From the NCBI GenBank assembly GCA_030390025.1, contig CM059432.1, positions 69,628,001 through 69,692,000 on the forward strand: a stretch of 64,000 nucleotides of DNA. Reading direction: 5' to 3'. The notes below the pieces were generated by a model. It did not search any database. It was not told the DNA's origin and saw only the letters and a list, made by a program, of their open reading frames with translations. Position 1 is the stretch's first letter; each line of letters starts with the position of its first letter. The position numbers were made by a program, and so were the translations under genes. Below are positions 13,021 to 24,225 of the stretch, one piece after another. The DNA comes from Squalus acanthias (lineage: Eukaryota).

Positions 13021-14606
13021 ATGGGGGCTGTACTGGCAGTCGACCTCGCCCTCCAGGATCTAGAAACATAGAAACTAGGAGCAGGAGTAGGCCATTCGGC
13101 CCGTCGAGCCTGCTCCACCATTCAATACGATCATGGCTGATCAACCAAATCCAGTACCCTGTCCCTGCTTTAATCCCCACAGTACACATATCCCACCCTA
13201 CCCCCGTAACCCCACATATTTAATTCCCCCTAACATATCCCATCCTATCCCCATAACCCCACATATTTAATACCCCCCTAACACTAAGGGTCAATTTATC
13301 ATAGCCAAATCAACCTAACCCACACATTTTTGGATTGTGGGAGGAAACCGGAGCACCCGGAGGAAACCCACGCAGACACGGGGAGAATGTGCAAACTCCA
13401 CACAGACAGTCACCCGAGGTCAGATTCGAACCCGGGTCCCTGGCGCTGTGAGGCACCAGTGCTAACCACTATGCCACGGTGGAGGGAGCGGAGCAGCGAG
13501 AAAGACTGGAACATGTGGCCAGAGAGAGGAGGAGAGCCATCAGGGCTCTCAACAGGAGGCCTTACCCTCCGAGGGTATTCTGACAGCACTTCTCCTATGT
13601 TCAATTAAGCGAGCAGCAGTCTATTAGAAGGCTCTGCTTCACCAAGGAGGTGGTCACAGAACTCTGCCACCTCCTGCAACCAGACCTCTGGCCTCAGATC
13701 AGGACGACCACAGCTCTCTCAGTGGCAGTCAGGGTCACCGTCGCCCTCAATTTCTTTTCCAGCGGATCCTTTCAGTCTGCAACAGGTGATATAACTGACA
13801 TCTCACAGTTTGCCGTCCATCGTTGCATCTGGGAGGTCACAGAGGCTCTCTACAGTAGGAGAAGGGACTACATTTCCTTCCCCAGCACCAGAGAGAAGCA
13901 GGACGAGCGTGCATGTGGCTTTGCCAGGATAGCGGGATTCCCCATGGTGCAGGACGCCATTGACTGCACCCATGTGGCTTTGTGGGCACCGCCTAATAAT
14001 CCTGACATCTTCCGTAACCACAAAGGCTACCACTTACTTAGTGTGCAGTTGGTGTGCGACTACACACAGCGAATTCTCAATGTGAATGCCCGCTATCCTG
14101 GCAGAAGCCAGAATGCCTTCATCCTGTGCCAGACCGGTGTGCCAGCACTCTTTCAGCCACCACATCAAGCTTGCGGCTGGCTGGTCGGAGACAAGGGCTA
14201 TCTGCTCTCCACCTGGCTCGTGACTCCCCTCCGCAAATCCAACACTCCTGCCCAACACTCGCATAATGAGAGCCATGCAGCCACCAGGAATATCATTGAG
14301 CAGACCATCGGGGTACTCGAGCAACGGTTCCGCTGCCTTGACCGCTCGGGAGGAGCCCTCCAGTACTCGGCTGAGCGGGTGTCCCATTTTGTCGTCGTCT
14401 GCTGCACATGCCACAATTTGGCCATCATGAGGGCCCAGCCCTTGTCACCAGGGATTGCGGGACCACCTCAGCAGGAGGAAGAAGGAGAGGAGGAGGACGA
14501 GGAAGAAGAGGTAGACGAGGAGGATGAGGAACTGGAGCGAGGGAGGAGGCAGCCACTTAATCGCGGCCTTCCAGAAGGGCGGTCCATCAGACTGCAGTTC
14601 AAATGA
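13021..14606 (+). pseudogene. HARBI1-like DDE transposase, interrupted by a SINE
   Basis: ORF 13650..14606 has GFPMVQDAIDCTHV, GWLVGDKGY, HAATRNIIEQTIGVLEQRFRCL and an acidic tail. The 5' end is split by the SINE. Confidence 0.9.
13061..13476 (-). mobile_element. tRNA-derived V-SINE (HE1-like) with CR1-derived 3' tail
   Basis: The minus strand has an A box (tggcatagtggttag), a B box (ggttcgaatc) and the V-core tgtgtggagtttgcacattctccccgtgtctgcgtgggtttcctccggg. Its tail is shared with local CR1 3' ends. It is absent from family A copy 2. Confidence 0.85.
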
Positions 14607-14775
14607 ATGAAACCCCAGATCCCCATTGCTCACCACATCCCCATCATTCCATCACTGTCGCAGGCTATTTTGCAGCGCAAAGCTGAAATGAAACACACCA
14701 CAAAATAATCCAAACTGAATTAATAGATTTATCAATAATCAGTTAGCACATATTTACAACAACAATATTAACTAT

Positions 14776-16995
14776 TCACCCTTGTGCAATCCCTTCGTGC
14801 CTCTCGTTATAGTCTACTCTAGTGCTCCTACAAAGTGTTAGCCTTGTGGCTGCAGCACGGCTGGTGGAAGGCTGCTGAGTGTCCATGCAGGAGACTTGAG
14901 ATGGCCTTGCAGGACGCCCTCGACCAGCTCTGGGCCTGGAAGGCCTGGCTGTAGACTGCACCACCTCAGCATGGGCGGCTTCAGTCTGGGCTGGCTGGAT
15001 GACAGGCAGCGACAAGGGCAATGGCAGAGTGCCAGCGGTGGGAGCAGGAATGCTGTCATCCTGAGAGAGGACAGCAGGTTCCTGCTCCACTGACCCTTCC
15101 CTGGGGCAGCACCTCAGCATCCCTAGCAATCTGTTGCAGCACAGACTGCTGGCCTGCTGCGACACCGTGAAAGCCCCGGTTGACGGTGGTAGACCCAGCC
15201 ACGATGGCAGCAGCCAGAGCTTGCGTGGCATCAAGCTGAGACTGCATGAGAGCGGTCTGAGATTGAATGCCGCCAAGCATAGACTGCATTACAGCACTAA
15301 GACGTTCCGTCTCTTCTGCCTGTGCTGCAATGGAAGCTGCCAGATCACCAATCACACGCGGCACCAGGTCTGGGTCGCTACGGTCTCTCTGGGAGTTGAC
15401 CATCCTTTCCAGACTGGAAATGATGGGCTCCATGGAGTGCACAGAGCTTTGTGCAATGTTGGAGGGGGACTCCTCCACTCTCCTTACCATTGCCGACAGG
15501 CTCTCAGAACACCTTTCCATTGCACCTATCATCTCCGTGTGCATGCCCATCACCCTTCTTCTAAAGGCCTCCCCATCGAGATCCTCATCTGAGTCCTGTG
15601 CAGCACAACTCGCTCTCCGAGGAGCTGGCCCCCGAGCTATCCTTTCCCCTCGCCTTGCTGCAGCCAGCTCGTCCCCGGTGCATCACCCTGTGCAGATCCC
15701 GCTACTCTACTAGCCTCTATCTGAGCTGGTGCCTGCGGGTGAGACATGCAGTGACGTGGTGTCTTCTTCCTCCTCCTCTTCTCCCGCCTCGCTCTCAATG
15801 GTGCCCTCAGGGACAGGCTGCTCAGCTGTTTGCTCATTATCTGAAAGCATAAAGGCACAAGAGTCGGGTTAAGGTGAGGGGAGGGGGGCAGGAAGGGAGA
15901 AAGGCATGCGTACAGCATGATTAGCGGGAAAGTGCGAAAGGCTTGTGGGGTGAGGGGAAGTGGGATGTGAGAAGAAGGAGTAGGGATGAACATACCGTTG
16001 TTGTCCCCAAGGGGGTCAACGTCGCCAGTAGCCATGGTGCCCACCACCTGGCACCCAATAATCTCCGGCACTCTATTTTCCAGTGTAGACAGTGGTTGAG
16101 TGTCTGCTTGTCCCCCACCTGTGTGCTCCTGCTCCCTCCTGTTGTGAGCCACCTTGGCCTGCAAGAGAAAGGAAAGTGTGTGAGTGAGTGTGGAGCAATG
16201 TGCTTGGGTGTTGTGCCTGCCATAGTTGAATAGCTGTCATTGTGTGCAAGGTGTGAGATGTGGATGTGAGTGTTGGTAGGTAGAGATTGTTAGTGGGTGA
16301 GTGCCAGGAGTGTGGTGCTTTGGCCAGTGTGTGCAGACTGTGGTTCAAATGGTGGTACATGAAACTATCTTTTAACCGGCACCCAAATAACCGGAAATCT
16401 CTCTTAACCGGCAAAATTCTTGAGTAGGTAACCGGGGTTTTCCTTCATCTCACCTTTAAAAATAACTTTTTAAAAAACCGAGGCGTTTGCCTTGTATTGG
16501 AGCATGTAGATTGGGAGGGGAATGTGTAGCCCGGGTAGGCAGCGGACACGACAGATGGTCAGCTGGCGGTCCCCGGGGAGTCGGAGCTCCGAATGCAGGC
16601 GCATGTCAGTGTGTACGGGGCTCTCGTACGTTGGGAGATATAACTCTCCATTATCCGGCCTTTTTGATTAACAGGCACCACGCCGGTCCCGTCGGTGCCG
16701 GTTAATAAAGAATTTCCTGTATGTAGCATTTGCTGAGGCATTGACTCACCCTGACCACCCGAGTGAGGTCATTAAATTTCTTCCTGCACTGTGTGTGGGT
16801 CCTTGGGACCACAGTGCTGCCTAAGACATGCTGGGCAACCTCCCTCCACATGGCATGGAAGACTTGCGGCAAGGGCCTCCTGCCACTTGCTGGGTAGAGC
16901 ACTGCCCTCCATCTCTCCACAGCGGACACCATCTCCTCCAATGCTTGGTCCGAAAAACTGCGGGCTCCCTCCCTGGGGCGTGGATCTGCCATCAT
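14776..16995 (-). pseudogene. Harbinger Myb/SANT-like DNA-binding gene, 3 exons (16995-16750, 16158-15996, 15840-~14776), frameshifted in exon 3
   Basis: RSFSDQALE..WREVA..RTHTQCRKKFNDL is a Myb/SANT-like trihelix motif. Minus-strand junctions gtgag, tgcag, gtatg and ttcag are present. Confidence 0.85.
16358..16719. mobile_element. Tc1/mariner-pogo-type MITE in intron 1 of the Myb gene
   Basis: TA TSD and imperfect ~26-bp TIRs catgaaactatcttttaaccggcacc / ggtgccggttaataaagaatttcctg. The empty site ggtggtatgtagc is at about 46790 in copy 2. Confidence 0.8.
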
Positions 16996-18009
16996 GACAC
17001 CTGCTTGAGTCGTCCGGCTCCTTGGGCTTGGCCTGCTCCTGCTTGCTGACACAGGTTCACAGCCTGCAATGCTGAGAATGAAGTTCTGCAGCATCAATGA
17101 ACCTCCCCTTTAAGAACTGGAAAGAGCCTGTGGCAATGATGACTTACGATTAGACTGCACCTGATATTGGTTAGTGCTTTCAGTGCAGCGCCACTGAGCT
17201 AGGCCATTAGCGCTTGATTTAGCGCTCCAATCCTTTCTTTGAGCGATGATACTTAATTTTGCGTGCAGCATTATTCATTTGCGCCTGGTGCTAAATCTCA
17301 AACTTTTCTGAAATTACCGCCCGTTCCTGGGCTGTAATGAATTTCTCCCCCTATAAATATAAGGTTTTGTGGCCATTTCTTGAGCGGCTTCTAGCAGCCC
17401 CTTTATGGATCTCTGGTTAGGCCGCACAAACCTGGTTCAGCTATGCAGAGTTCCTCCATTTTGCCTAATCTTTGCCTGTTTATATTTCTGCCTGATTCCT
17501 GCCCATTTTACACCGTGAAAAATTTTGCAGTGAGTCTGAGACAACTGGTAGAAGCAGGTGGACTCAAATACCATGAGATGATGGCCTCCTCCGTGCCAAG
17601 GGTCTCATTGTCATAGTTTTCAGCCAGTCACCTTTCATGACCCTGACCTTTAGGTAACATCTAGAAGGATCCACTAGAGTAGGACTCAGGACGTCATGCA
17701 GTGGCACTAAGGGGAAGCATAGTGACAGGCAACAGAAGGGACTGTAATGACAAGATGGGGTGAAAATAAACATTATGTTGCATATGAAGTTGGTGTGGTT
17801 GATATGAATGTCCCTTTCTAGTTTTTGAACTCTTTCGAATGTAATAGCATGAGACTGAGCTGTCTGATCTGTGGAGTGAGCAACATAGTGTTCTGAAATA
17901 AAAACAGAAAATGCTGGAAACACTCAGCAGATCAGGCAGCATCTGTTCTGTTTGGACACAGCTGAAAGGAAGTCAGTATATGTTCAGAGCACTCTTTCGG
18001 CAATGGGAG

Positions 18010-19090
18010 AATGCTAGTTGCTGGCGAAGGCTTCCTTATTAATCTGGTTATGTACAGCTCTTGCAGCCTTCAAGACAAGGCATTTGGCCTCCTTTTCCTG
18101 CTGATGCTGGTCTGAGTGTGGCTCCTGTGGACCTGGTTCGCCTTCCTCCAATGCATTCCCTGCAACCAGATCTCTTTGTAAGACAAAAAGTTGCAGTATG
18201 CAACACATAAGCAATATTCAGGTGATCCTAGCTGTAATGTATTGCACAGACCCATCAAAACCATCCAGGTAGTTTAATCTACCTTTGAGCATTCCGATAG
18301 AGTGCTCAATGATGACTCTGGTGGCAGCATGGGCACCATTGTAGCATTGCTCTGCAGGTTTTGGGGAATTCGCAGAGGTGTCATCAGCAATGAGATCAGT
18401 AGGTATCCTTTCTCCCCAAGTAGCCGCCAACACCCTTGTCTGTCTGGATGAAACAGTGCTGGCATGGTAGACTGCCTTAAGACAAAAGTATTGTGGTAGC
18501 TGACAGCATAGTAAGCATTGAAATGCAGGGTCCTATATGATAGAATGGTATCTTTTTCCATTGATGTAATGAGTTGGATTAATATAGGGGACACGAATGG
18601 CCAAATGCCTGCCATCACACCCTGTATCGTGGGAAAGCCAACCCCTTAGTAGAACTGAATAGCTCTCTCATGCTGCTGCCAATGGGACATTCCAGAATTT
18701 CTGAATTGGCTTGCCTTTGCAAATGAGGCATCAGTAACCTGTTGGTTGGATTTGTGCGTGCACTGTGGATTGGCTGATGTTTGTAATGTCCTATGTTTCA
18801 GCCTGGAATGATCCTGTGGCTAAGAAATTCAGGGTTGTGATGACTTTGACGATCACGCAGTGTGGTCTAAACATTGGAGGTAAGCTGGAAGTCTGGTTCC
18901 AGGAGGTGGCACAGCTGATCCAGAACTTCCCAGCTGAAGTGCAGCCTTCTCAAACAAAGCTCCTGGCTCATTTGTAGATAGGAGTACCAAGGTATTTACA
19001 CTTTGGTGGGTACTGATGGGAGGGTCTCATCCTCCTCCTATGTTGTCGAATTAGTCTGCCTTCCCTGCATTCTTCCTTATCTTCGCCCTC
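18010..19090 (-). pseudogene. Degraded HARBI1-like transposase remnant (duplicate copy 2)
   Basis: ORF 18218..18433 reads YNGAHAATRVIIEHSIGMLKGR and the region has many frameshifts. Confidence 0.8.
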
Positions 19091-19159
19091 CAAATAATTG
19101 AGAAACAGGGAAATTCTCATAGGAAACCTGTGCTACCTTGACAGTGGATTAGAGTCAAA

Positions 19160-20025
19160 GGGCTGGATTTTACCAGCCCTGAGGAGGTGGGTTTGGAGGC
19201 GGGACTGCTGGGAAAATCCCAAAAAATTGGAGCGGGTCCCAAACCCGCTCCCAACCCGCCTTCAACCAATCTTCTCGGGATTCGGGTCCCCGATTTGCGC
19301 AGGGACCCGACTCCTAGCAGCGGGAAGAGGATTATAGCCACTATATGCCTGTTAACAGGTAGTTAACAGGCAGTTAAGAGGCTTTTTCCCATTTTACGAC
19401 TTCTGCTGCGGGCTTCCTGACGCCGGGGAACCCCGACAGGGTAAGTGAGGGGTGCTATGGGTCTGTTGTTATGTTGGTGTTTGGATGACAGCTGCAGAGG
19501 TGGTGTGAAGGATGCATTGGGACACTGGTTACTTTCAGAGGTAAGGAAATATTGTGAAAGTAATTTTTAATGTGGTTAGATGTTTCTGCAGGTGACAAGC
19601 TTTGAAGTGTTTGTGTAGCCTCATCTCATCGGGAGAAGTGACAGATGGCTTCTGCAATCTCAGCTGCAGCTGCCATCTGTTTTATCCTAAGGAGAGAGTA
19701 ATTGGAGAGTCTGGGTACAAGGGCTCACCTTTGGACAGTGATTGTCAGTGTTTGACAGCACCTCAATGCTGTCAAACACTGACAATTCATCTGTCAAACA
19801 AGTGTGGTGCATATGCCTTTAAGAAAAGCGGCAGATGAAGCGTCATCAACTGATGTCATCCGACTCTGGCTTTCCCTTAATTGGCCGGCAAGGCTGCAGG
19901 GCGGGCTTAACAAGGCCAATCAGGGCAAAATAGCGTCTGTTCGTCAGACGTTGCTGGGGGCGGGACTGGAACCCAAAAACCAGCAGTCCCGCCTCGAACT
20001 CGGCCTGGAAGGTAAGATTCCGCCC
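19160..20025. mobile_element. Non-autonomous Harbinger-type element (GGGCTGGATTTT family)
   Basis: Termini gggctggattttacc / ggtaagattccgccc with TSD AAA. The empty site is in copy 1 (gagtcaaaaaatttg, about 10755). Confidence 0.85.
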
Positions 20026-20964
20026 AAAAGATTTGAAGGCCCATAACACTTTCGGTAAAGGAGGAAGATGAAAGCATAAGTCAAAAGCAAAAAACTAAAT
20101 AAATCAGTTGAAGGAAATACAAGGATTTATCAAGCAAATGTACTTTTGCTTGTTTGGTCCCTGTAAACACTACTTTCTCCTTGACAAGCTGATCCTGGCA
20201 AGCAAACATGCCTGCTTTATAAAAGCACAAGTAGCATTGAATGCAAATTAAGTGGTAACGATGAGAATATGGACTTTCTCTGTTCATTAATATCTATAAT
20301 CTAATGTTAATAAGAACTGGGAGCTGCAAATCTGAGGCCCTTCTGGTGGGATTGCAGCAGAAGGGCCAAAATTAAGCTAGGACGTGGCACATCTGCGTCC
20401 CGGCCTTCCTTGCCAGTTTCCACAGAGCCTCCTCCATTCTAAACATGGTTACCTGTGTGTGAGGGGTCATGGCCGTGGAAGGGACTTTTGTCCTTGAAAT
20501 AAGTCATACCAGGTCTGTGTCCTGGCCTGGAAAAATTAAAGATTAAAATTTTTTTTTTTCCAGCTCATTTAGGGAGCCAATGGGGCAGAATCTATGTAGA
20601 AGCCTGTGCCAGGATTCTCGCCACCCTTATCCCCTCTCACCAACTGGCAGGTGCCTGAGATGTACCGCAGTAGCACAGGTGTCTGGCATTGATATTTTAA
20701 TGAGGGAACCTCTTCCTGACCCAAGAAAGTGCAGCGGGATCAGGAGCGGAGTTTCCTGATGGCCATTCACAGCACTTACTGACCAAAGGCCCACAGGTTT
20801 TTGGGGCCTTGATGTATAACCACACACATACGTAGACAAAAAGCTGATCATCAGGTTAATTAGCCTTCATACAGAATGAAAAGGACATTTTAATCATTAT
20901 TAGCTATATACATTAATAATTGTTTCAAGTAACTAATTAACATTGAATCTCATGTCTAATGCAG

Positions 20965-21054
20965 TGAAAAAGAAAAATCTTCAGAACAGTAGAAGTTTGC
21001 TGAACGTTTCAGAACACATTCAGGAAACACCAAAAAAAAATAAACCTGTCAGTA
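20965..21054 (+). CDS. Candidate 90-nt phase-1/phase-1 host-gene exon, copy 2 (xKKKNLQNSRSLLNVSEHIQETPKKNKPVS)
   Basis: Same acceptor and donor as 12052-12141 with no indel. The phase-0 and phase-2 frames contain stops. Confidence 0.55.
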
Positions 21055-21673
21055 GTAAGTATTACATAAAACCGAAAATGGTGGAAGTGCTCAATACACA
21101 GTACAAAATGTAAATTCTCTTCACTATTGACATATTGAGGGGGGAATTTTTTACTGCAAAGGGCGAGTGGGTTTGGGAGCGTGTGGGTGGTTAAAAGTGC
21201 TGAAATTGACAGCGTCGGGAATTTGGCTCAAACCCGCCAATTTGCGCATTTAACTGGAGCGCGTTCGGCTGCGTGTGAGTAACCGCCTCGGGAGAGGAGG
21301 ATTGCCAATTTAAATATATTAAGAGGTAATTAACAACTTTTTAAACAGGTGTTTTAAACGTTAACTGTGGCTGCACTGGTTTCCCAGACTTCATGGTCCT
21401 CGCCATTGAAAGCAAGGCGAGAGCACAGCGGCAATTGAGGGGGCTGAACAAATGACAGGCAGAAAATCCCATGAGTACTGAGACCTCACACCTGCTTCAT
21501 TGCCTAAGTGAAAGGCTTTTGCTCACAGCACTTGTTCTGAGAGTTTGCTTTCAGTACTTTGCCGATGATTTCTGCTACCTTGAATGTGGTTTCTACTACC
21601 TTGGAGGTGAATCCCACTACTTTGGAAGTTTGTGCATCTGATCTCCACTTTCCACCTGTTATATATCAGATCA

Positions 21674-21903
21674 TGATGCGGAGATGCCGGTGTTGGACTG
21701 GGGTGGACAAAATTGAGAGGTCGCACAACACCAGGTTATAGTCCAACAGTTTTATTTGAAATCACAAGCTTTCGGAGCTATCGATTGCCCCTTCCTCAGG
21801 TGAAGTAGGAACTTCACCTGAGGAAGGGGCAATCGATAGCTCCGAAAGCTTGTGATTTCAAATAAAACTGTTGGACTATAACCTGGTGTTGTGCGACCTC
21901 TCA
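21674..21903. mobile_element. Penelope-like inverted terminal repeat insertion forming a ~95-bp-arm perfect hairpin
   Basis: Arms 21712-21806 and 21811-21905 surround an AGGA loop. A 13-bp TSD atatatcagatca flanks the insertion. The arms are homologous to the PLE terminus at 10952-11045. Confidence 0.85.
21814..21855 (+). ncRNA. Minimal hammerhead ribozyme motif (mirrored on the minus strand in the other arm)
   Basis: TCAC-CTGAGGA-A-GGGGC-aatcgata-GCTCC-GAAA-GC-TT-GTGA. Confidence 0.75.
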
Positions 21904-23443
21904 ATATATCAGATCAGCATGGGTGCCCAGCAGCAACAACACCAGCAGGAGCAGGAGCAACAGCAGCCTTCTCCACACAGACCTGCCGCTCCACCGGAGA
22001 GAGGGGATGAGCACAAGAGGTGCAGCTCGCAAGAGGAAATACCCACAACACGGTATATAGGCAGACGATCAGCTTCCTGGACATGACTGAACACCAGTGC
22101 CTCAGGAGGCTCAGGTTATCGTGTCAAGTTGTAGCAGACATTTACAGCCTGCTGGAACAAGACCTGCTGCCAAGTGGACCTGGTGGCCACACTTTACCAG
22201 TGGCAGTCAAAGTGACCACCACCCTCAACGTTTTCGCTTCGGGCTCCTTCCAGGATTAGCAGGAGACATTTTCAGGATTTCGCAGTTGGCTGCCCACAAA
22301 TGCATCACACAGGTGACTGATGCCATGTTTGTCAGGGCAGTTAATTATGTACACTTTGCCACCGATGAAGCCAGTCAGAATGAGCGGGCGCTCAGGTTTG
22401 CGGCTCTGGTAGGCTCCCCACAACTGCAGGGCATCATTGACTGCACACATGTGGCAATCAAGGCACCCTCCAGATCAACCAGTTGTGAAATGTAACGGCT
22501 TCCACTCCATCAATGTGCAGCTCGTCTGCAACCACAAAAAGATCATTATGCAGGTCTGTGCAAGATTCTGAGAGAGCTGCCATGATGCATTTGTCGTGCG
22601 CCAGTCCACCCTCCCTGAGCTCTTCGCACCTCCAAACAGACTTACCGGCTGGTTGCTTGGAGACAAGTGCTATCCGCTTAAAACGTGGCTGATGACACCC
22701 ATGAGGAGCCCAAGCAAGGAGGCCCAAGAGTGCTACAATCAAAGCCATATGACGACGAGATGCGTCATTGAGCAAGCAATCGGGATGCTGAAGATGCAGA
22801 ATGTCCGTTCACTTGCGAACAAGGCCCTTGCCACCCATGAGCTTATTGAAACCTGGCTGAGGGGTGATGACACCTTCTCCCTAAATGAAGCCTCCCCACC
22901 TGACTATACCTTCCACCACTTGCCCCGCCCAGACCATCACGGTGGCGGTGCGGCTCTTATCGCCAAATCACATCTTGGTCTGTCCCCCTACTGCTCTGGT
23001 ACTTGCCCCTCCTTTGAGCATCTCACCTTGTTCCACCCCTCTCACCTCTCATTTAAAATCCATGTTCTCTACCGCCTACCCAAGTACCATAAAGATTTTC
23101 TCACCGAGGTATCTTCATTGTTTTCCTCCCTTAGTCTCTGCACCAAGCGACTTCTCATCCTCGGTAACTTCAGCCTCCATCTCAATTCATCATGCGCTCT
23201 CTCACAATAATCATGGGGGACTTTAATCTTCATATCGACTGGGCAAATCAAATTGGCAAAGATAGTCTGGAAGACGAATTCATGGAATGCATTCAAGACA
23301 ATTTCTGAGAACAATACGTCATGGAACCAAACAGAAAACAGGCTATTTTAGATCTAGTATTGTGTAATGATACAGGGTTAATTAGTAATCTCATAGTAAA
23401 GGATCCTCTGGGGAAGAGTGATCACAATATGTTAGAAATTCAC

Positions 23444-23670
23444 ATACAAAAGCAAAATACTGCGGATGCTGGAAATCTGAAATAAAAATAGAAAATGCTG
23501 GAAATACTCAGCAGGTCAGGCAGCATCTGTGGAGAGAGAAACAGAGTTAACGTTTCAGGTCGATGACCCTTTCTGACGAAGTTCTGATGAAGGGTTATCG
23601 TCCTGAAACGTTAACTCTGTTTCTCTCTCCACAGATGCTGCCTGACCTGAGTATTTCCAACATTTTCTGT
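23444..23670. mobile_element. Penelope-like inverted-repeat insertion (family ACGT) with hammerhead core at 23580-23616 (+)
   Basis: Imperfect hairpin with ~80-bp arms and a 16-bp TSD tatgWtagaaattcac (1 mismatch). The core reads AGTT-CTGATGA-AGGG-ttatcg-TCCT-GAAA-CG-TT-AACT. Confidence 0.8.
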
Positions 23671-24225
23671 TATGATAGAAATTCACGTTGAGTTTGAGAG
23701 TGAAATACTTCAGTTGGAAACGAGAGCCTTAAACTTAAATAAAGCCAATTACATAGGTATGAGGGGTGAGTTGGCTAAGGTAGATTGGGAAATTAGATTA
23801 AAAGGTATGACGGTAGATAAGCAGTAGCAAACATTTAAAGAAATATTCCAAAATTCTCAATGAATATACATTCCATTGAGAAATAAAAACTCCACAGGAA
23901 AAGTGATTCATCTGTGGCTAACTAAAGAAGTTAATGATAGTATTAGATTAAAAGAAGAGGCTTATAATATTGCGAAGAATACTAGTAAGCCTGAGGATTG
24001 GGAGAGCTTCAGAAACCAGCATAGGATGACCAAAAAATTGATAAAAAGGGAGAGAATAGAATATGACAGTAAACTAGCAAGAAATATAAAACAGATTGTA
24101 AGAGCTTCTACAAGTATGTAAAAAGGAAGAGAGTAGCAAAAGGAAACATTGGTCCCTTAGAGGCTGAGACAGGTGAAATTATAATCGGGAATAAGGAAAT
24201 AGCAGAGACTATAAACAAATATTAT

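Larger units (their letters stand above)
12546..17351. mobile_element. Full-length PIF/Harbinger DNA transposon, family A copy 1 (convergent transposase and Myb/SANT-like genes)
   Basis: TIRs GGGGGAGAAATTC / GAATTTCTCCCCC with 3-bp TSD TAT. It is colinear with 43282-47444. Confidence 0.93.
17455..21131 (+). repeat. Local segmental duplication, copy 2
   Basis: Colinear with 8586-12236. Confidence 0.95.

Noticed and set aside
13410..13476. tRNA-like A and B boxes on the minus strand
   Set aside because: They are the head of a SINE, not a standalone tRNA gene.
13650..14606. Possible domesticated HARBI1 gene
   Set aside because: It lies within TIRs and a TSD, is multi-copy, is disrupted by a SINE, and has an altered SHD motif (SQN).
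22596..23210. 204-aa ORF fusing transposase to an endonuclease
   Set aside because: It is an L2 insertion junction with stops upstream and degraded motifs.
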